Source of the DNA: Dicyema japonicum
Lineage: Eukaryota; Animalia; Dicyemida
Direction: 5' to 3'
Length of the DNA stretch: 64,000 nt
NCBI GenBank assembly: GCA_011109175.1
Contig: RDEW01000020.1
Location: forward strand, 366,514-430,513
Part shown: one piece after another, positions 39,632 to 53,317 of the stretch
Position numbering within the stretch: position 1 is the stretch's first letter
Layout of the letters: the number at the start of each line of letters is the position of its first letter
Translations under genes and position numbers: made by a program
The notes under the pieces: generated by a model
Seen by the model: the letters and a program-made list of their open reading frames with translations, nothing else
What the model was told of the DNA's origin: nothing
Database searches by the model: none

Positions 39632-39869
39632 GCCGCGTGGCGTCATGTGATCCACCTGTCCAGGTGGCGCCCAGTGTCTGGCCGACACGAAAAAGGATCA
39701 TTTGCTCTCTCCCACTTTACTGGAGGGTTTTCACAACTGCAAGTATGGACGTCTTTTTCCTTTTATGTTGATTCCGGATGTACTCTGCTTCTGTATAAGT
39801 GGAAACTGGATACACTTAATTAGTTGTTTACTTTAACTTCTTTCTCGGTGTATCCGGGGTTAATAAATA
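39632..39869 (+). mobile_element. SINE-B, short form
   Basis: 12-bp TSD AAGCAAATTCCT; (TAAA)n tail. Confidence 0.92.
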
Positions 39870-40339
39870 AGCAAATTCCTAAAAGCGTCTCATTTATACA
39901 GGAGTTGGACCGATAATGGAGCATTTGAGGAGAAATCGAGAGATGCTGGAGGCCTAATTAGCGAGTTAATACTTTCTTTCTTGGTGGTCTTGGGGTTTTA
40001 AAAATAAAATAAATTCATACAGGAAATGTGTCGGCTCTCGTAAGCAACACCGAGAAAGGATGGGACGGCTGCTTAAGGAGACTGGGATCACCTGCCGGCC
40101 ACCCATTCGCTTTTATTTTGTCTGAGATTCTTGGTTTTAAATAAATAAAATCCTAAAAGCCCTCTGTAGTTAATTTGTCTAACTTCTTCCTGAACGATAT
40201 GCCCACCCATACCATCGACGATACAATGTTTCTCAATATACTGGGGTATAATCTTCGCATTAAGAGACCAGTGTGTTCACACTGTGGCTGCCTACTTGGA
40301 GATATATTTATTCCACCTGAGCAGTTGGCTTATGAGAAA

Positions 40340-40660
40340 CCTATTCACCAACTGAGGAACTGGACCAACATTTTGTACAAAAATACTCATTCGACTTTTA
40401 ATGGACCGCAGGGCTTTCATTCTGGCAGCCTCGTCCCCTCACAATGGTGCTTGGCTGAACGCGTTCTCATCATCGTCAACTGATTCCCTTCTGGAACAGG
40501 ACGTTCTCTCATCCATGACGTTAGGATCTGTTGTGGACTGCAAAGGACTTCATCCACTCTCTTGCCGTGTCAGTAGAGATCGGTTCCTGAAAATGCAACA
40601 TCAACAGGGTTGTGAAGCGCTCTCTTGAGGCAGCTAGATTCCCGTCGTCTTGGAACCGGT
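40340..40660 (+). mobile_element. CRE-like retrotransposon fragment
   Basis: AASSPHNGAWLNAF..GLHPLSC. Confidence 0.7.
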
Positions 40661-42589
40661 GGCCTGGATCGTGAGATGGAAAGCGCCAACAAATGTTCGA
40701 ACCGGGGGAAATGCTTTATTTTGATGAGGCTTTTACCGACTCCTTTTTCCAGTCGAGATTTCCTTGTTACATGTTGTAGGGGGGATTCTAGGACTTTAGA
40801 TAATTTCAAGATAAAAAATGCGACAGCATCTCCACAAGATTCCATGTACAGCTCGTTGTTTTCGAGACGAGTGGAGTCTTCGGGCCCAAGATCGCGTGGG
40901 TTAATGATTTTGAAAGTTAGTAATGAGCGTCGGGGAACCGAATGTTAGTTTTAAAACATTTCTCTGGCAGTTGTTAGGGGAAACAGCCATTCCATCCTAT
41001 CAGCTGATTATTTTGATTGTCTTGTTACGTAATCAATTGTTTAGAAAAAAACTAACTAACTTTTCACCACTTTTAGCTCTTAAGGATTCTCCACTTTCCA
41101 ATTGAGACAACTCCTTTCGAGAAACTTGTGAAGAACGGGAACCTTACAATTTCCAAGTAACATGAATTCCGGAACGAACATCAAACAAATGAGAGATGGT
41201 TGGGATCACCTAAAATCCGTTTAATCTCTCTTAATTTGTCTGTGATTCTCGTTTAAGTAAAAAAACCGTAAATCAAATTACTAAAAATAGAATCCTTTTT
41301 GGATGCCGGTCAGGCATTGGTGGTCCTCTAAGTTAGGTTGGTCTAATGACGCTTCTATGAATTGAATAAGGCTAAGAGCAGAAAAGAAATCCTCGACCAA
41401 CTAGATGGCGAAATCGAATCAACAGCTAATACGACGCAAACGACACTAATCTCTACGCTAATTTGTTAATAGTGTCAAAGATCTCTTCATCTGTTGGGGT
41501 CATTATATTTATTGGTAATGAATATTTGATTCACTAGCAATCCCACCATTTTTGAATTGTCTTCGTGAATTTCAGCAAAAATATTCTATCGGTTTCCCTC
41601 TTTATGGGATAATATTTATAATCCTATAAACGACTCGAGAGATAACTCTACCCATTTCCAGTTACAGATTCTTCAAGATCTACACTACTTCGTTTCCTAT
41701 TTATATACGTTTCCCTCATCTCACTAAGTATTTTCCTTCCTCAACAGTTGGTGGCATACTCGTTCGATTCTAAGAATTGTCTGCCACCTCGAGACACTTT
41801 GGTTTTGTTGACTATTCTAGAGTTTCATTTTTGACCAAGAAAATCCTCAAGTTCCTGAGTTATATAGTAGGAAACGTTTAACAAAACATAAATTAAGATT
41901 ATGTGAAGGAAAAAGACACAACCTTCTTCGTTATCACCTAAGAGTGATCTCAGCTTTCTTCCATGCCTCTTCTGAACCGGAATCCATATGTCTATATTTG
42001 ACTTGGTTCACATATCGAAACCATTAACCAGTTCGCCAACTGAGACCTCGACCAGTCCTCGAATTGCTTCTTTGTCACTCAAGACATAGGCGATTTCAAG
42101 TTTCACTTGAGTCCTCGATTTATAGTAACAGTTTATGGGAAAGGCTGATACAGAAATCACTCCCTTTTACTGCAAAGTTTGAATGGAGATAATTACCATA
42201 TTGAAGGGGGAAATCAATAATATATATTTTGATGGAAATAATAAATTAGGGATTATTTACATCGAGCAATTGTCCCTTAGATATGACATTCTCTAGGGGA
42301 GACATTTAATGAATACATATATAATCAATTGGCTTAGACACACAATACTTAAGCACAAAGTCAATATATTGAATTATTACTCAATAACTATGACATAACT
42401 TGGTCTCATGGTTTGTACATTAGTATAATTGGGTATGGTCTGGGTGGAATCATGACTTACAGGAATAGCATATTTTTCAATTCCCAGTCGATAATGTGGG
42501 TACTGCTACCCGTAAAGTCGAGGATTTAAATTAATTTTCCGTCGTCAACTAGTATCTTCCACTGTTGTTATACATTCGCTGTGCTATAT

Positions 42590-44104
42590 ATGGATACTAG
42601 CTCCTTAAAGGAAGAAACCGAATACTCCAATGAGATATTAGGGTCCCCATTAGAGGATGAGTGTGTGCTACATAGAGATGAGGTCGTTTCAGTTTACATT
42701 TCAGATTGTCGAGTCTCACGTGGATTCTTATGTACTAAAAAATTATATTGCTGGGGGATCTTACGGAAAAGTCTACAAGGCTGTACAAATGAGTACCGGA
42801 GATCAGTGGCCTTAAAAATCCTGAGGATTGAGAAATGGGAGGAATATAACAATCCAGAATACGAGGTAACATATAGGTTGATCATTAGGCAAATATTTTG
42901 TTAAACTTGAAGAACAATGAGGGGGAGAGGCATTTCATCTACCAAATTATTGACTATTTCCACCACCAGACATTTCCTAGTCTTGTTACTGAACTCCTCT
43001 CAATAAATTTACAACAATTATTGGAAAAAGAAAAACAACTTCCAATTCATGCGATTCGGTCTATTACCTATCAGTTGGTGCAAGCTTTCTCCAAGTTGAG
43101 AGAACTAGAGATTGTACACGCTGATCTGAAACCCGACAACATCATGTTGGTGGACCATCAAAAATATCCTTATATTGTAAGGTTGGTCGACCTTTGGATC
43201 GGCCATTTACAATTACCACATAGACGAAGACTGCCACTTTCAAAATGTGTTTTACAGGTCTCCGGGATAATCTACTGTAGGGCTCCAGAGACAATTTTGG
43301 GCTTCACTGCCGACGAAAAGATCGATATGTGGTCACTTGGATGCATTCTTGCCCAACTCTTCTCAGGTTCTATTTTCTTTTCGGGGGAGAACGAATACGA
43401 GCAGGTTTGCTGTCCTCTAATTCAAGTTATGCTATATCACGAAACTTAGGGGATGCTACCAGATTCCATGATTTATGGGGGATATAGGGCAAAGATGTTT
43501 TTCATTCTTCGAAAGAACAAAACCTGGAAATTGAAGGTAAACACGTGTCTATAGTCCACTAGTCGAAAAAACAATATTATGCCCCCGGAGTCATCCATCC
43601 TCTGGAAAAAGAGATCGTAATGCCGGTAGTAATGACACCTCATACTAGGAATTGTCGATGGTTTGGGATAATCTCCATAAATGGGGGATTAACGAATCTT
43701 ACTACCTCGGATTCATGACAGACTATATTTTATATTATTTTTTTCTCGAAGATCTCCTTAAAGTGAATCCAACAGAGAGAATGAGTGTCCAATACGCTCA
43801 GAGTCCCCTTCCTCAACTTTTCCAATTACATGAGGGTTAATTCCAAATAGTATGGTCATTTGCTTATGGTAGTCGGAATATGGCCTTTGATGTCATGCCT
43901 AGTTGTTATAGAGAGTCACATCAAAATGAGAATGGTTCCCTGTCTACTGAAATTGAAGATACACAGGTTGTAATTATCTATTGTTGTTAGCCACGTGGTG
44001 ATGAATTTGAGGGGTCTAAAGAAGATCAGAGTTGCAATCCTTCGTCTGAAGATCCTAATCCTTCACGGTTGTTTTATTTATTATGTAGATGTGAGGATAT
44101 TTAA
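42590..44104 (+). CDS. Divergent HIPK-like (DYRK/CMGC) kinase
   Basis: GGSYGKV; VALKI; HADLKPDNIMLVD; D(F)GSA; FYRAPE; IDMWSLGC; ENEYEQ; tiny introns; indels. Confidence 0.85.
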
Positions 44105-44199
44105 TTATACTTAACACTGTAATTTAATGTAACTTTCATTATTATTAGTCCTTTACTTGGGTCCTCTAAATCCTTATTCTGGATGTCTTCTGGAGACCA

Positions 44200-46560
44200 T
44201 AAAATATACCCACTCTATTGATCTCTCAAACAGTAATTGTGTCCTTCCGAGACGGGCCAACTTATTAATGGGTCATGCGTAGATAAGCTACCTTCCTACT
44301 TTGAAAGGACTCCTTGTAAGAGACTACATGTTAGCCACAGACTTTAGTGCTATTCCGCACTCCCTAATTGTAGAACTTATCCTAAGTCACTTAATTAGAA
44401 TGCTAGAGGTCCTCAAGGTAGAGCTTATACTGTAACTTAATTGAACCTGTCAGTCAGCCAGTAAAAATTCACGATCATATATTCTGAAGCCTCACCATGA
44501 CCCTTCAGAACCTTACTCTTTCCATCCAATTTCACTCCTCTCAGTTGTTTCGAGGAGGGAATGCCTAGTACTAATTTAATCAATCCTTCCACTTTCCGAT
44601 TCCCATTACACATCTTTCTAAACTCACTTAGTTCCTTGTAGGTGGAATTAATAAGCACAATCAGTCAGAGGGAACAATTATTGTTTTAAAGCTTTCGACA
44701 GAACTTGGTGTCACGTATTTACTGACAAGATCCTCGAGACGGAGATCCCTTGTGGACGTTCCTTAATCATGTCAACTACCATTTAATGGAGTTCCTTAAA
44801 GCTCGGTTTTTTCCCAACTCTTTTTAGCGTCTAGCTTACAGACTAACCGAAATACATTAATAATTTCGTATGCTATTTGTGTTTGTGTCAAGTTACCATG
44901 ATGTCACCAACACTTCTAAATTCCTTCAAGACACCTTAATACTTGGATAAACAGTAATCTCTTGAATCTTTCTCCCGCCAAATCACTCTTAACCGTTGTT
45001 GCAACTTGAGGTCGTTAGTTTAACCTTGAACCTTTGCTAAGTAGTTATCTCATTCTCTCCAAGATACACTTCCTGTTGACACGTGGTTCCATGGGTTTAT
45101 ATGAGGTAAACTGCATTCGTTCTCTTCACCAAGGTCTCAAAAAATATAGGGTCTACCGAAAAAAACTAAAGTTGTACTTTTTCGAAAGAAGACAAATCAC
45201 TACCCAAGTGTTCAAGTCTTGAGGGAACCAATCGTGATTTTGTCTTTCAGAACCAGTCTAAGACACAGTTAGTCAATATCCTATTGGGGTGAAGAGTATT
45301 TCGCACGATTTTTCTACACTCTTGTTTATTAAATTTGTCTCCTATCATCTGTTTAGAAGATTAAGGAGATCTTGTAATGGTAGCTTTTTCTGGATGCAAA
45401 GATTACTCAATTTGCATATCAGAGACAGAATTGGTTGGTAGGTCGTATAAGAGCAAATTAAAAAGTGCTGATGATAATGGAGATCTTTGTGACATGTCGC
45501 TTGGTAGGACGTAACTTTTCGAGAGACTCTTTTGAGAAATTATCTATCTTTTACAATTTTTCGGAATATCTGAGTCTAAGACATACCTTGTAAGTATTTT
45601 TGTTGATAGTATTTTAGACCTCCATCAAAGTAATAGTTTTTCTGAGAAAGGAACATCTTGGATTTTGTGAAGAAAAACCTTCCAATTTCCTATAAAGAAT
45701 ATAACTGATGCGCACACATTTCATTATTTTGTTGAGTTTATTTCGATTATTGTCCAATACGTTGCTTGATGAGAATGAATGAAATTATTCCAAAGACCAA
45801 GGGTGAATCCAAACTAACGAATCCCACGATCCTGACGCGATCCAGTAGACCCTTGATTCAAACAATAGTGATTCAAATGACATTATCCAGGATGCTGAAG
45901 TCGAAACCAGAACTCGTCGCCAGGGAGCGAATTGTCTCCGGGTGGAATGGAGAGATGGATCCCTTTGAATGCCGGTCAGCTATTGGGGTCTCGTGAGTAT
46001 GGAGGATCAGATTATTTATTATTATTTAAGCCAAAGAAACACCGTCTTAACCAATAACTAATATTCAGGTAATCCCGGCATCTCTCAATAATCGGGCCAT
46101 TTTTTCTCGACGCTCCGACCGTGATCCCACGCATTTTCTATACGGACGGGGGTCTTTTTCCTTTCCTCTTCTAAAATTGCCTCCAGTTGCCTCTATGATA
46201 AACTCGAGTGCTCTGGGGCAATTTCTTTATCTGTATATTTTTCTAGTAATTTTTTTGCTCTTGACTGGATCTCTTGAATTTTTGTTAGGTTCGTTGCCGA
46301 CAGGTAGATCCCCATGCAGCACATGCATAGCCTATTGTTGGCTCGACATACTGCTTGTAGAGGGTCCCGATACCTGGCGGATAAATTCCTCCACAGTTCC
46401 AAAGGAAGGCCTTTACAAAATTGATCTTCTTTGCACAGGTTGATATGATAGATTCCACATAGGCTGAGAAGCAGAGGAAAGTATCAAAAGTTACTCCCAG
46501 TATCTTCTACGATTTCTTTTGTAGTATAGGTACTCCATTTAACGTGACATCAATTTTTTT
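44200..46560 (-). mobile_element. Degenerate LINE fragments, including a 3' end with a (TAA)n tail near 46010
   Basis: SQRSPLSSALFNL RT motif; GGGATTAC 3' motif. Confidence 0.6.
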
Positions 46561-47519
46561 GCGTTCTCATCTTTCTATTCTTAGTAAATTAAATTAAATT
46601 AAATTAAATTATTAACCCCGGCTTCGCCATTTCTTAGTAAATAGAATGACTATGACGTCACTAATTCATATATTTATTATTTTAATTTAAAAAATTCTCT
46701 CCATTTAATTACCTTAAATTATTTTAATTTATTTTACGTTTTTCAATAAAAATGTTTTATTTTAAATTTTACGACGCAAAAATACTTGTTCAAGTCAATC
46801 TTTCGACTCAAGAGGGTGACTACTGCTATCACAGGTCATTTACGATCATGAGACCAATCAAAAACACAATAACACCCTTAAGGATTACCAAATAACTTCC
46901 ACGGGTGACTCTTCTCATCTGAGTACAATAACACCTTGCTCAGTAACTTATGATTCAAGAAGCGACCACAACCAAATTTTTGCTGAATTTAGAAAAGGAA
47001 AGTTTCATTCAAAGGAGGTTCTTTTCCCCTCTTCAACCATAAGCGTGCAAAAACAGGCTTTACCGATTAGTTACATATTCTACCTCAAATAACCTAGAAA
47101 AAGTAATGTAGTAGAGTAGAACAACTCTCCTGCGGACCTAATAGGAATCCCATCATTTAATGACTTTAGACTTATACACGTGCTTTTCACGGCAAGACGA
47201 AAACGTGTTCATCAAATGAAGGAAAAAGTCTGACATTCTGGAAAGCCTCTCAGGATTATGGATGAATTATGTTTAAAAACAGTACATAGAACCATTCATC
47301 TATCCGTGTGCTTTCCGGGACCCATTCATCTTACATACCAATTTCTAGAAAATCGTGGTCGCACAGAAAAGAGCATACAAAGTATCAGAACAGTGGATTT
47401 CTTAAAGGCACAACTTTGGAATCATTAATTCGAAAAATGTTGCTAGATGTCCGTCCTATGGGACAGTCCGGTTTGTGTGGGCCCGAGAAAGAATCACTTC
47501 ACAAAGCTGAGAGCAATGG

Positions 47520-48550
47520 TGAATCGTGATCGGATAACTCGGTTAGTGCTGGTTTAACAGCAAACCTTGGACAAATAAATATCGACTGTTGAGGGTCTCA
47601 TTTTAAAATATTAAAACAGGACGACCCAAAAATTATCAGGAGTACCTAAATTATTAAATAAGATGATTTAGGGGTTTTCTCGTCCCTTATTTATGAGAAT
47701 CAAACTTCCTAGAAAATTTGCTTAGATGCTAATTCCATAACTGGAAAAACTCCCCAGAGCGTACAATTGGGGATTATCAGAATAATGATCAATATTTCCC
47801 AAAAATGAATGACCAGGCAGCAAGTAATTGATTGGTTGGAAGACACAAGATGGATTATTGTTATTGTCAGTCATTCTGGTATATTAAATTGGATATTTAG
47901 GTTTTTTTGTACAAGTGGAGTTACTTGTTATGTCCTGGAGTCCAATATGTGTGGGTTCATATTATGATCTCGTTGTGACATTTTGGATCCCAAACTTAAA
48001 CCAAAGATAAGATACTACTCTGTCTTCTCTCAACCCTCTGATTTTGTTCAGAGTCAATTCAAGGAAAGTTTTTTCAAGAGGATAGGCATCGAAAACTTTT
48101 CCCATCCGACTTTAAAGAGATAGTTTTTTTACTTCAGTAATTATAGCTGAGCACAGACTTACTGTCAGTTTAAAGTTGGTCAGCTGATGGAGGCTGCTGA
48201 CTGTGAGAATCACAGTCAAATGAGGAAAAATACTTAAAATAATCGGTCGGCGTCTTTTCCTAACTTATTTGGACGTATAAGTTATGGTACTAAACTACAG
48301 GACGAAGATGATGACCTCTACTACGTATACGATGACTGCTCAGATTCTCTACATCCCATAAAATGGAGTCAAAAGATTGGTTTTAATATAAAAAGTATTA
48401 TGTTATGTAATTAATTGAGAGACCAAAATCGGATGACACCGTTTGGGAGTGGCACAATTCGATCGTTGATTCAATTTCTTACAAAACTCCGAAAACCTGT
48501 TTGTTTGAGCCTCAAATTGGTGTGGAATTTGTCATCCTTTTGGGAATAAT
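47520..48550 (+). other. Candidate uncharacterised multi-exon gene or pseudogene
   Basis: Series of 19-26 nt GT..AG segments between short open stretches; no recognised homology. Confidence 0.3.
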
Positions 48551-48861
48551 AAAATCTGTCTGGGAGTGATTGAACGGGTTCTTAACTATGGAGTCATTTG
48601 TGTTCAGAATTTATGCTCAGATGAGTTCTTCTACTTAAGTTTTCAGTCTCCTTATATTCTCCCAATTGGATTTTGTCTACAGAATGACATTCCCCTTGAA
48701 CTTCCCAATGGTTTGTTCTTGGGATAAAGATAGAATATAAGAATATTAGTGTGTTCTCTACTGTGTTACTGTTGGGTTTAAAGATTAGTCCCCACTACTG
48801 TTTTTCTTCTGTTACATTGTTTCCTCCAAATTTGTGGAATGTGTATGAAGCTACACTCATT

Positions 48862-49187
48862 AATAATAATAAAGTTTTTTTCACGAGAGCCATAGTATTT
48901 GATAGCTCCGCATAGGCAGGACACACACTTTATTAAGTAAAGAAACAGTTAATTTTAACTAATCGTAGAACAAAGAATGATCTTCACTTCTTTTTTTCTT
49001 TTTCTTGTGTGAGTGTTTTTTCTAGACAATCCAGTTCCGCCGTGAGTATCCACTGATGACGGTGTCACTCGTCAAACCCTTTTTGCATCGTAGATGCGTG
49101 GAACCTTCCACCAGGTGAACAGCAGCAAGATTCGAACGTGTATCCTAAGCCACTTAAGCCCGAAACCTAAACACTATGCCACCCGGC
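48862..49187 (-). mobile_element. SINE-A, full length
   Basis: TSD CTCATTA. Confidence 0.93.
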
Positions 49188-49509
49188 TCATTACTAAAAA
49201 AGAACAAATAACTATTGTGAAGGGTGGAACAATAAATTGTACAATTTGACGGGATATCGTCATCCATCGATATGGAGTATTATATCGTCATTCCAAAAAG
49301 AAGAAAAATGACGAAAACTATTATTGACCAGGATTCCTTTGGAAAAAGAATTTCAACAAGAACAAATAAAAAACGATTGATAGACAAAAAAGGCTTTAAA
49401 AAATATGTCTGGATAGGCAGGACGGAAAAAAAACAGTAAAAGTTCTAAAAGCAACTGCATGGAATATTAACATTAAATAATCCATTGATTCACGTTAAAT
49501 AAAAATCCT

Positions 49510-50045
49510 ATGTTTCTGATATTTTCGTGTATGACAAAATAAAGAAGGAAGTAACGTTAATTGAAGTGGGGATTACCTCACAAGACCGACTAAAGCAAGT
49601 TGAAGTTGAGAAACTTCACAAATATGATTTGCTAGCAAATGAACTTTCGCTGCTCTATGAATGCCAAGTGAAGATTATTCCAGTGGTTTTGACATGGGAT
49701 GGAGTTGTTTCAAGATGCTTCAAGAATCATATGGATAAATTATCTATTGAAGAATCAACGAGGACTTACATCAATCGGTTTGTACTGAAGAGAACGCTCG
49801 AAGTATGCTCATTGAACATAAGCATGGGATGAAGGTATACAATGAAGAGTACGCCTCTGCTACCTCCCAACTTGTGGAACTGGCATGCCGTGAAGACAGC
49901 CCACTGGACTCTAACGGAGATATTTTGACTGAATATGATGTGGAGATGCGGAGTAACAGGGAGGTTATGGCACACTCTTCTTCTAAGAAGAAGAAAGAGA
50001 GATTACCAACAATCTGGATCAAAATACGCTTAATTAATTAATTAG
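49510..50045 (+). mobile_element. R4/Dong-like RLE 3' fragment
   Basis: DIFVYDK..LIEVGITSQDRLKQVEVEKLHKYDLLANEL..TWDG; close relative at 60610-61000. Confidence 0.85.
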
Positions 50046-50379
50046 TTAATTTATTCGTTATTTTTGTTATATCTGAACATGGTTTTTAAAATTTATTAAT
50101 ACCACGTGTAGTTTTAGTTGTGGCGGAAATTTTAATGCATTACAAGCTAAAGCATAAACATTAGCCAAAATTAAACTATTTAAATAATTTGATATTCTAT
50201 ACTCGCTTACTTTAAAATGGAACGATCATGATAAAAATCTTAATTTATAAACGGAAAAAAAGTCGAGTCCGTAATTTCGTTAACGGACTGATGAGTTTTT
50301 TAATTCTCTGATTTAAGCATTTTATATTTTCCAAATCAGGTTTTCAGATGATTCATTTTCAGGGAGTTTCTTTGTTAGA

Positions 50380-50890
50380 CGAGGAAATGTCTTTTACCTA
50401 TCTTTTTACGTCGAATAGAAGGCTATCAAGTTATTCTGATGAACTATTTTTGAATGGTGAACCAATCCCAAATAAGAACAAGCCAAGATTCTGGGAGTAT
50501 CATTTGACATTCTCATGACTTTCATCACACATGTGTCTAACGTAATCAGTGCATCGGCATGACAGCTTAACTTCGTGAAGGTGCTCGTCTCAAAATTTAA
50601 AGGATCCTCAAAACGGTCATTATCAACGTTATACACTTAATTCATTAAGCCAACTATAAGTTATGGATGTGCATCATGGGGAAAAAAACTTGCCAAGACA
50701 AACATGGATAAGATCAACTCCGGCGAATCCAATATGACCTAAACAATCGCTCGAATCACAGGACTACCAATAAGGGCAACCCAATTTGAGGGATCATCTT
50801 TCGGAGAGAAGCAGGGATCACCTGATGGCGCTTTCCTTTTAATTAGTTTAACTGATGATTTTTGGGTTATTAATAATAATAATAACTGTA
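50380..50890 (+). mobile_element. LINE 3' fragment, partly duplicated at 52688-52902
   Basis: KILGVSFD; GGGATCAC motif and (TAA)n tail. Confidence 0.75.
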
Positions 50891-51069
50891 ATCCCAATTC
50901 GTTGTTTCACCCAGACAGCTTCTTGCACGGGCCAATTTCCCCCGATTAATTTATATAATTTTAATATAGAGTAATGTATTGGATAAAAATGATATTTTTT
51001 TTATATTAAAAACTGAAATTATGAGTGACTTATTAAAAACATTCAATCCCTTTAAACACCAAAAGTTAG

Positions 51070-51880
51070 TTAGTTAAGAGCTCTTTCGCGTGGCCCTAAA
51101 AGGGGTTCGCTTGAGCCATGTTTTGCAGCCATCCTCCTCGCCATCCTCGCCCACGCCATCTTGTTCCTGGCCCTCATTCGAACATCATCCAGATCGTCCG
51201 CTGTCACAATTTACGACTATTTTGTTCGTAGTCATCTTTTAAGCAGGTTGGAAGTGTGTTTCTTGGTCTGCCTCGAAATCCGCGACTTCCGGCGTAGTAG
51301 AAATATTCTTCCATTATTCTGTTACATGGCGTAGTCGGGTCCAGTCTGAGGATATGTCCAAATAGTCGCCATCTCGATAAAATAACATTGGTGCTGACTA
51401 GTCTGGATTTACATCGTGAATATAGATTTTCATTTGAGATTTTTCTCGGCCAAAAAATTCCAATCAACATGCGGAGTTGGTTCCTGTGAAAAGTATCTAG
51501 CTTCTCTAAATCAATTTTAGAACATGCCCATGTTCCGGAATTGTATAGCAAAATTGGTTTAACAAACGTGTCGTATAGTCTGACACGAAGTTTCAGTGAT
51601 ACATGTTTTTTCCTTATCCAAATTTGGTACATTTTTTGAAGTATATGGTAGCCAGCATTTTCCTTCGACAAATATCCTCAGCATCACCTAGCAGTGAGCC
51701 GAGTTTTTTTGGTATGTCTCCAGCACTCATCGTTCCTTGATTCTGCTCGTTAGACTCGTGTATAATCAGTTTTTTTAATGTTTATGCGTAAATCCCAATT
51801 CTTAAAAATACGTTCGGCTTGAAGTAAAATTTGGTCAAGTATTTCTTGGTTGGTAGACACAAAGTCTACATCATCTTTTT
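51070..51880 (-). mobile_element. RTE-clade LINE 3' portion
   Basis: KPILLYNSGTW; RWRLFGHILR; FRGRPRNTL. Confidence 0.88.
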
Positions 51881-51889
51881 CACCAGTGG

Positions 51890-52902
51890 AAGTTGAAAAT
51901 GCCATTATATCCCAAAAACTAACCTACTCAAGCGGACAATAAAATTCCTATGATTGTTAACAAAAAGCTTGAACCCGACTCACAGCACTAACACAGATAT
52001 ACAACATATCCATAAATAGAAACACAATTCAACAATGTGGAAGTTGGCTCCCATCCACCCAGTTCAGAAACCTGGAAAACCAAAAGAGTCCCCTTCTTCT
52101 TATCGACCAATATCCTTATTATGCGCATTTTCAAAAATTCTTAGGAAAATGGTTTTGGACCGCATATTCCCATATTTACCTAAAGAATCCTACTAGCACG
52201 GATTTAAGAAAGACCTATCTACAAGAACGCATTGCAAACTCTCACAAACTTTATTATGACGGGGCTTGAGTCCCCAGGCACCTTGAAACTTTATTGTGCT
52301 CGTTTGACATCCGAAGGCTTTTGACTCGGTTCCCAGAAAAATTTAACGAGGAAGATCTACCGCTCAGAAATCCCCAGCATTTTCAAAAGAAAACTCGGGA
52401 ACTTTCTCACTGGTATAAGAGGAAAGTCGTAACAAAATCCTGCCATTCGGTAACAGAATTTCTTCCAAAGGGCGTGCCACTGGGTTCTCCGTGTTACCGT
52501 CGTTTTTCGACTTATTCTTGCATGGTATTCCAATTGACTCGGACAAAAATTTCATAACCCTTGTGTATGCCGATGACATAATATATGCTTACAAGGATAC
52601 ATGTATTACAACAGCTACGAACAAATTGCAAACTAATCTGGAAAGATCCATGAATGGTTGAAAGGAAATTCAATGTCAACGTCCATGGAAATGTCCTTTA
52701 CCTATCTTTTTACGTCGAATAGAAAGCTATCAAGTTATTTTGATGAACTATTTTTGAATGGTGAACCAATCCCGAATAAGAAACAATCCAAGATTCTGGG
52801 AGTATCATTTGACATCCTCATGACTTTCATCACACATGTGTCTAACGTAATCAGTGCATCGGCATGACAGCTTAACTTCGTGAAGGTGCTCGTCTCAAAA
52901 TT
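51890..52902 (+). mobile_element. APE-type LINE RT fragment
   Basis: KPGKPKESPSSYRPISLL; GVPLGS; YADDI. Confidence 0.8.
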
Positions 52903-52990
52903 TTTTTATTTTTAAAAACTGAAATTATGAGTGACTTATTAAAACATTCAATCCCTTTAAACACCAAAAGTTAACGGATTAATATTTTAT

Positions 52991-53295
52991 AGCCGCGTGG
53001 ATTCATGTGGCGCTGCGTGGTTAATTGGTTGAAGTTTTCTGCTTGTTTGTCTGTACTTCCTCTCTCTTCCTATCAGAGTGGCGTCATGTGATCCACCGGT
53101 CTAGGTGACGCCCAGTGCCAGGCCATCATTTGCTCTTCCCCACTCCACTGGAGGGGTTTCCATAACTGTATGTAATGGACGTCTTACTTTTTGTGCTGAT
53201 TCCGGATGGACTCTATTTCTGTAGAAGTGGAAACTGGATACACTTAATTAGTTGTTTACTTTAACTTCTTTCTGGGTGTATCCGGGGTTAATAAA
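52991..53295 (+). mobile_element. SINE-B copy (long form, P4/J4-2 partly deleted)
   Basis: Homologous to 14700-15016. Confidence 0.9.
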
Positions 53296-53317
53296 TTAAT
53301 TTAAATTAACGATCAAA

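Noticed and set aside
50262-50315. Hammerhead-like CTGATGA after a stem; also CTGATGA in antisense SINE-A
   Set aside because: No GAAA after stem II and no NUH at the required position
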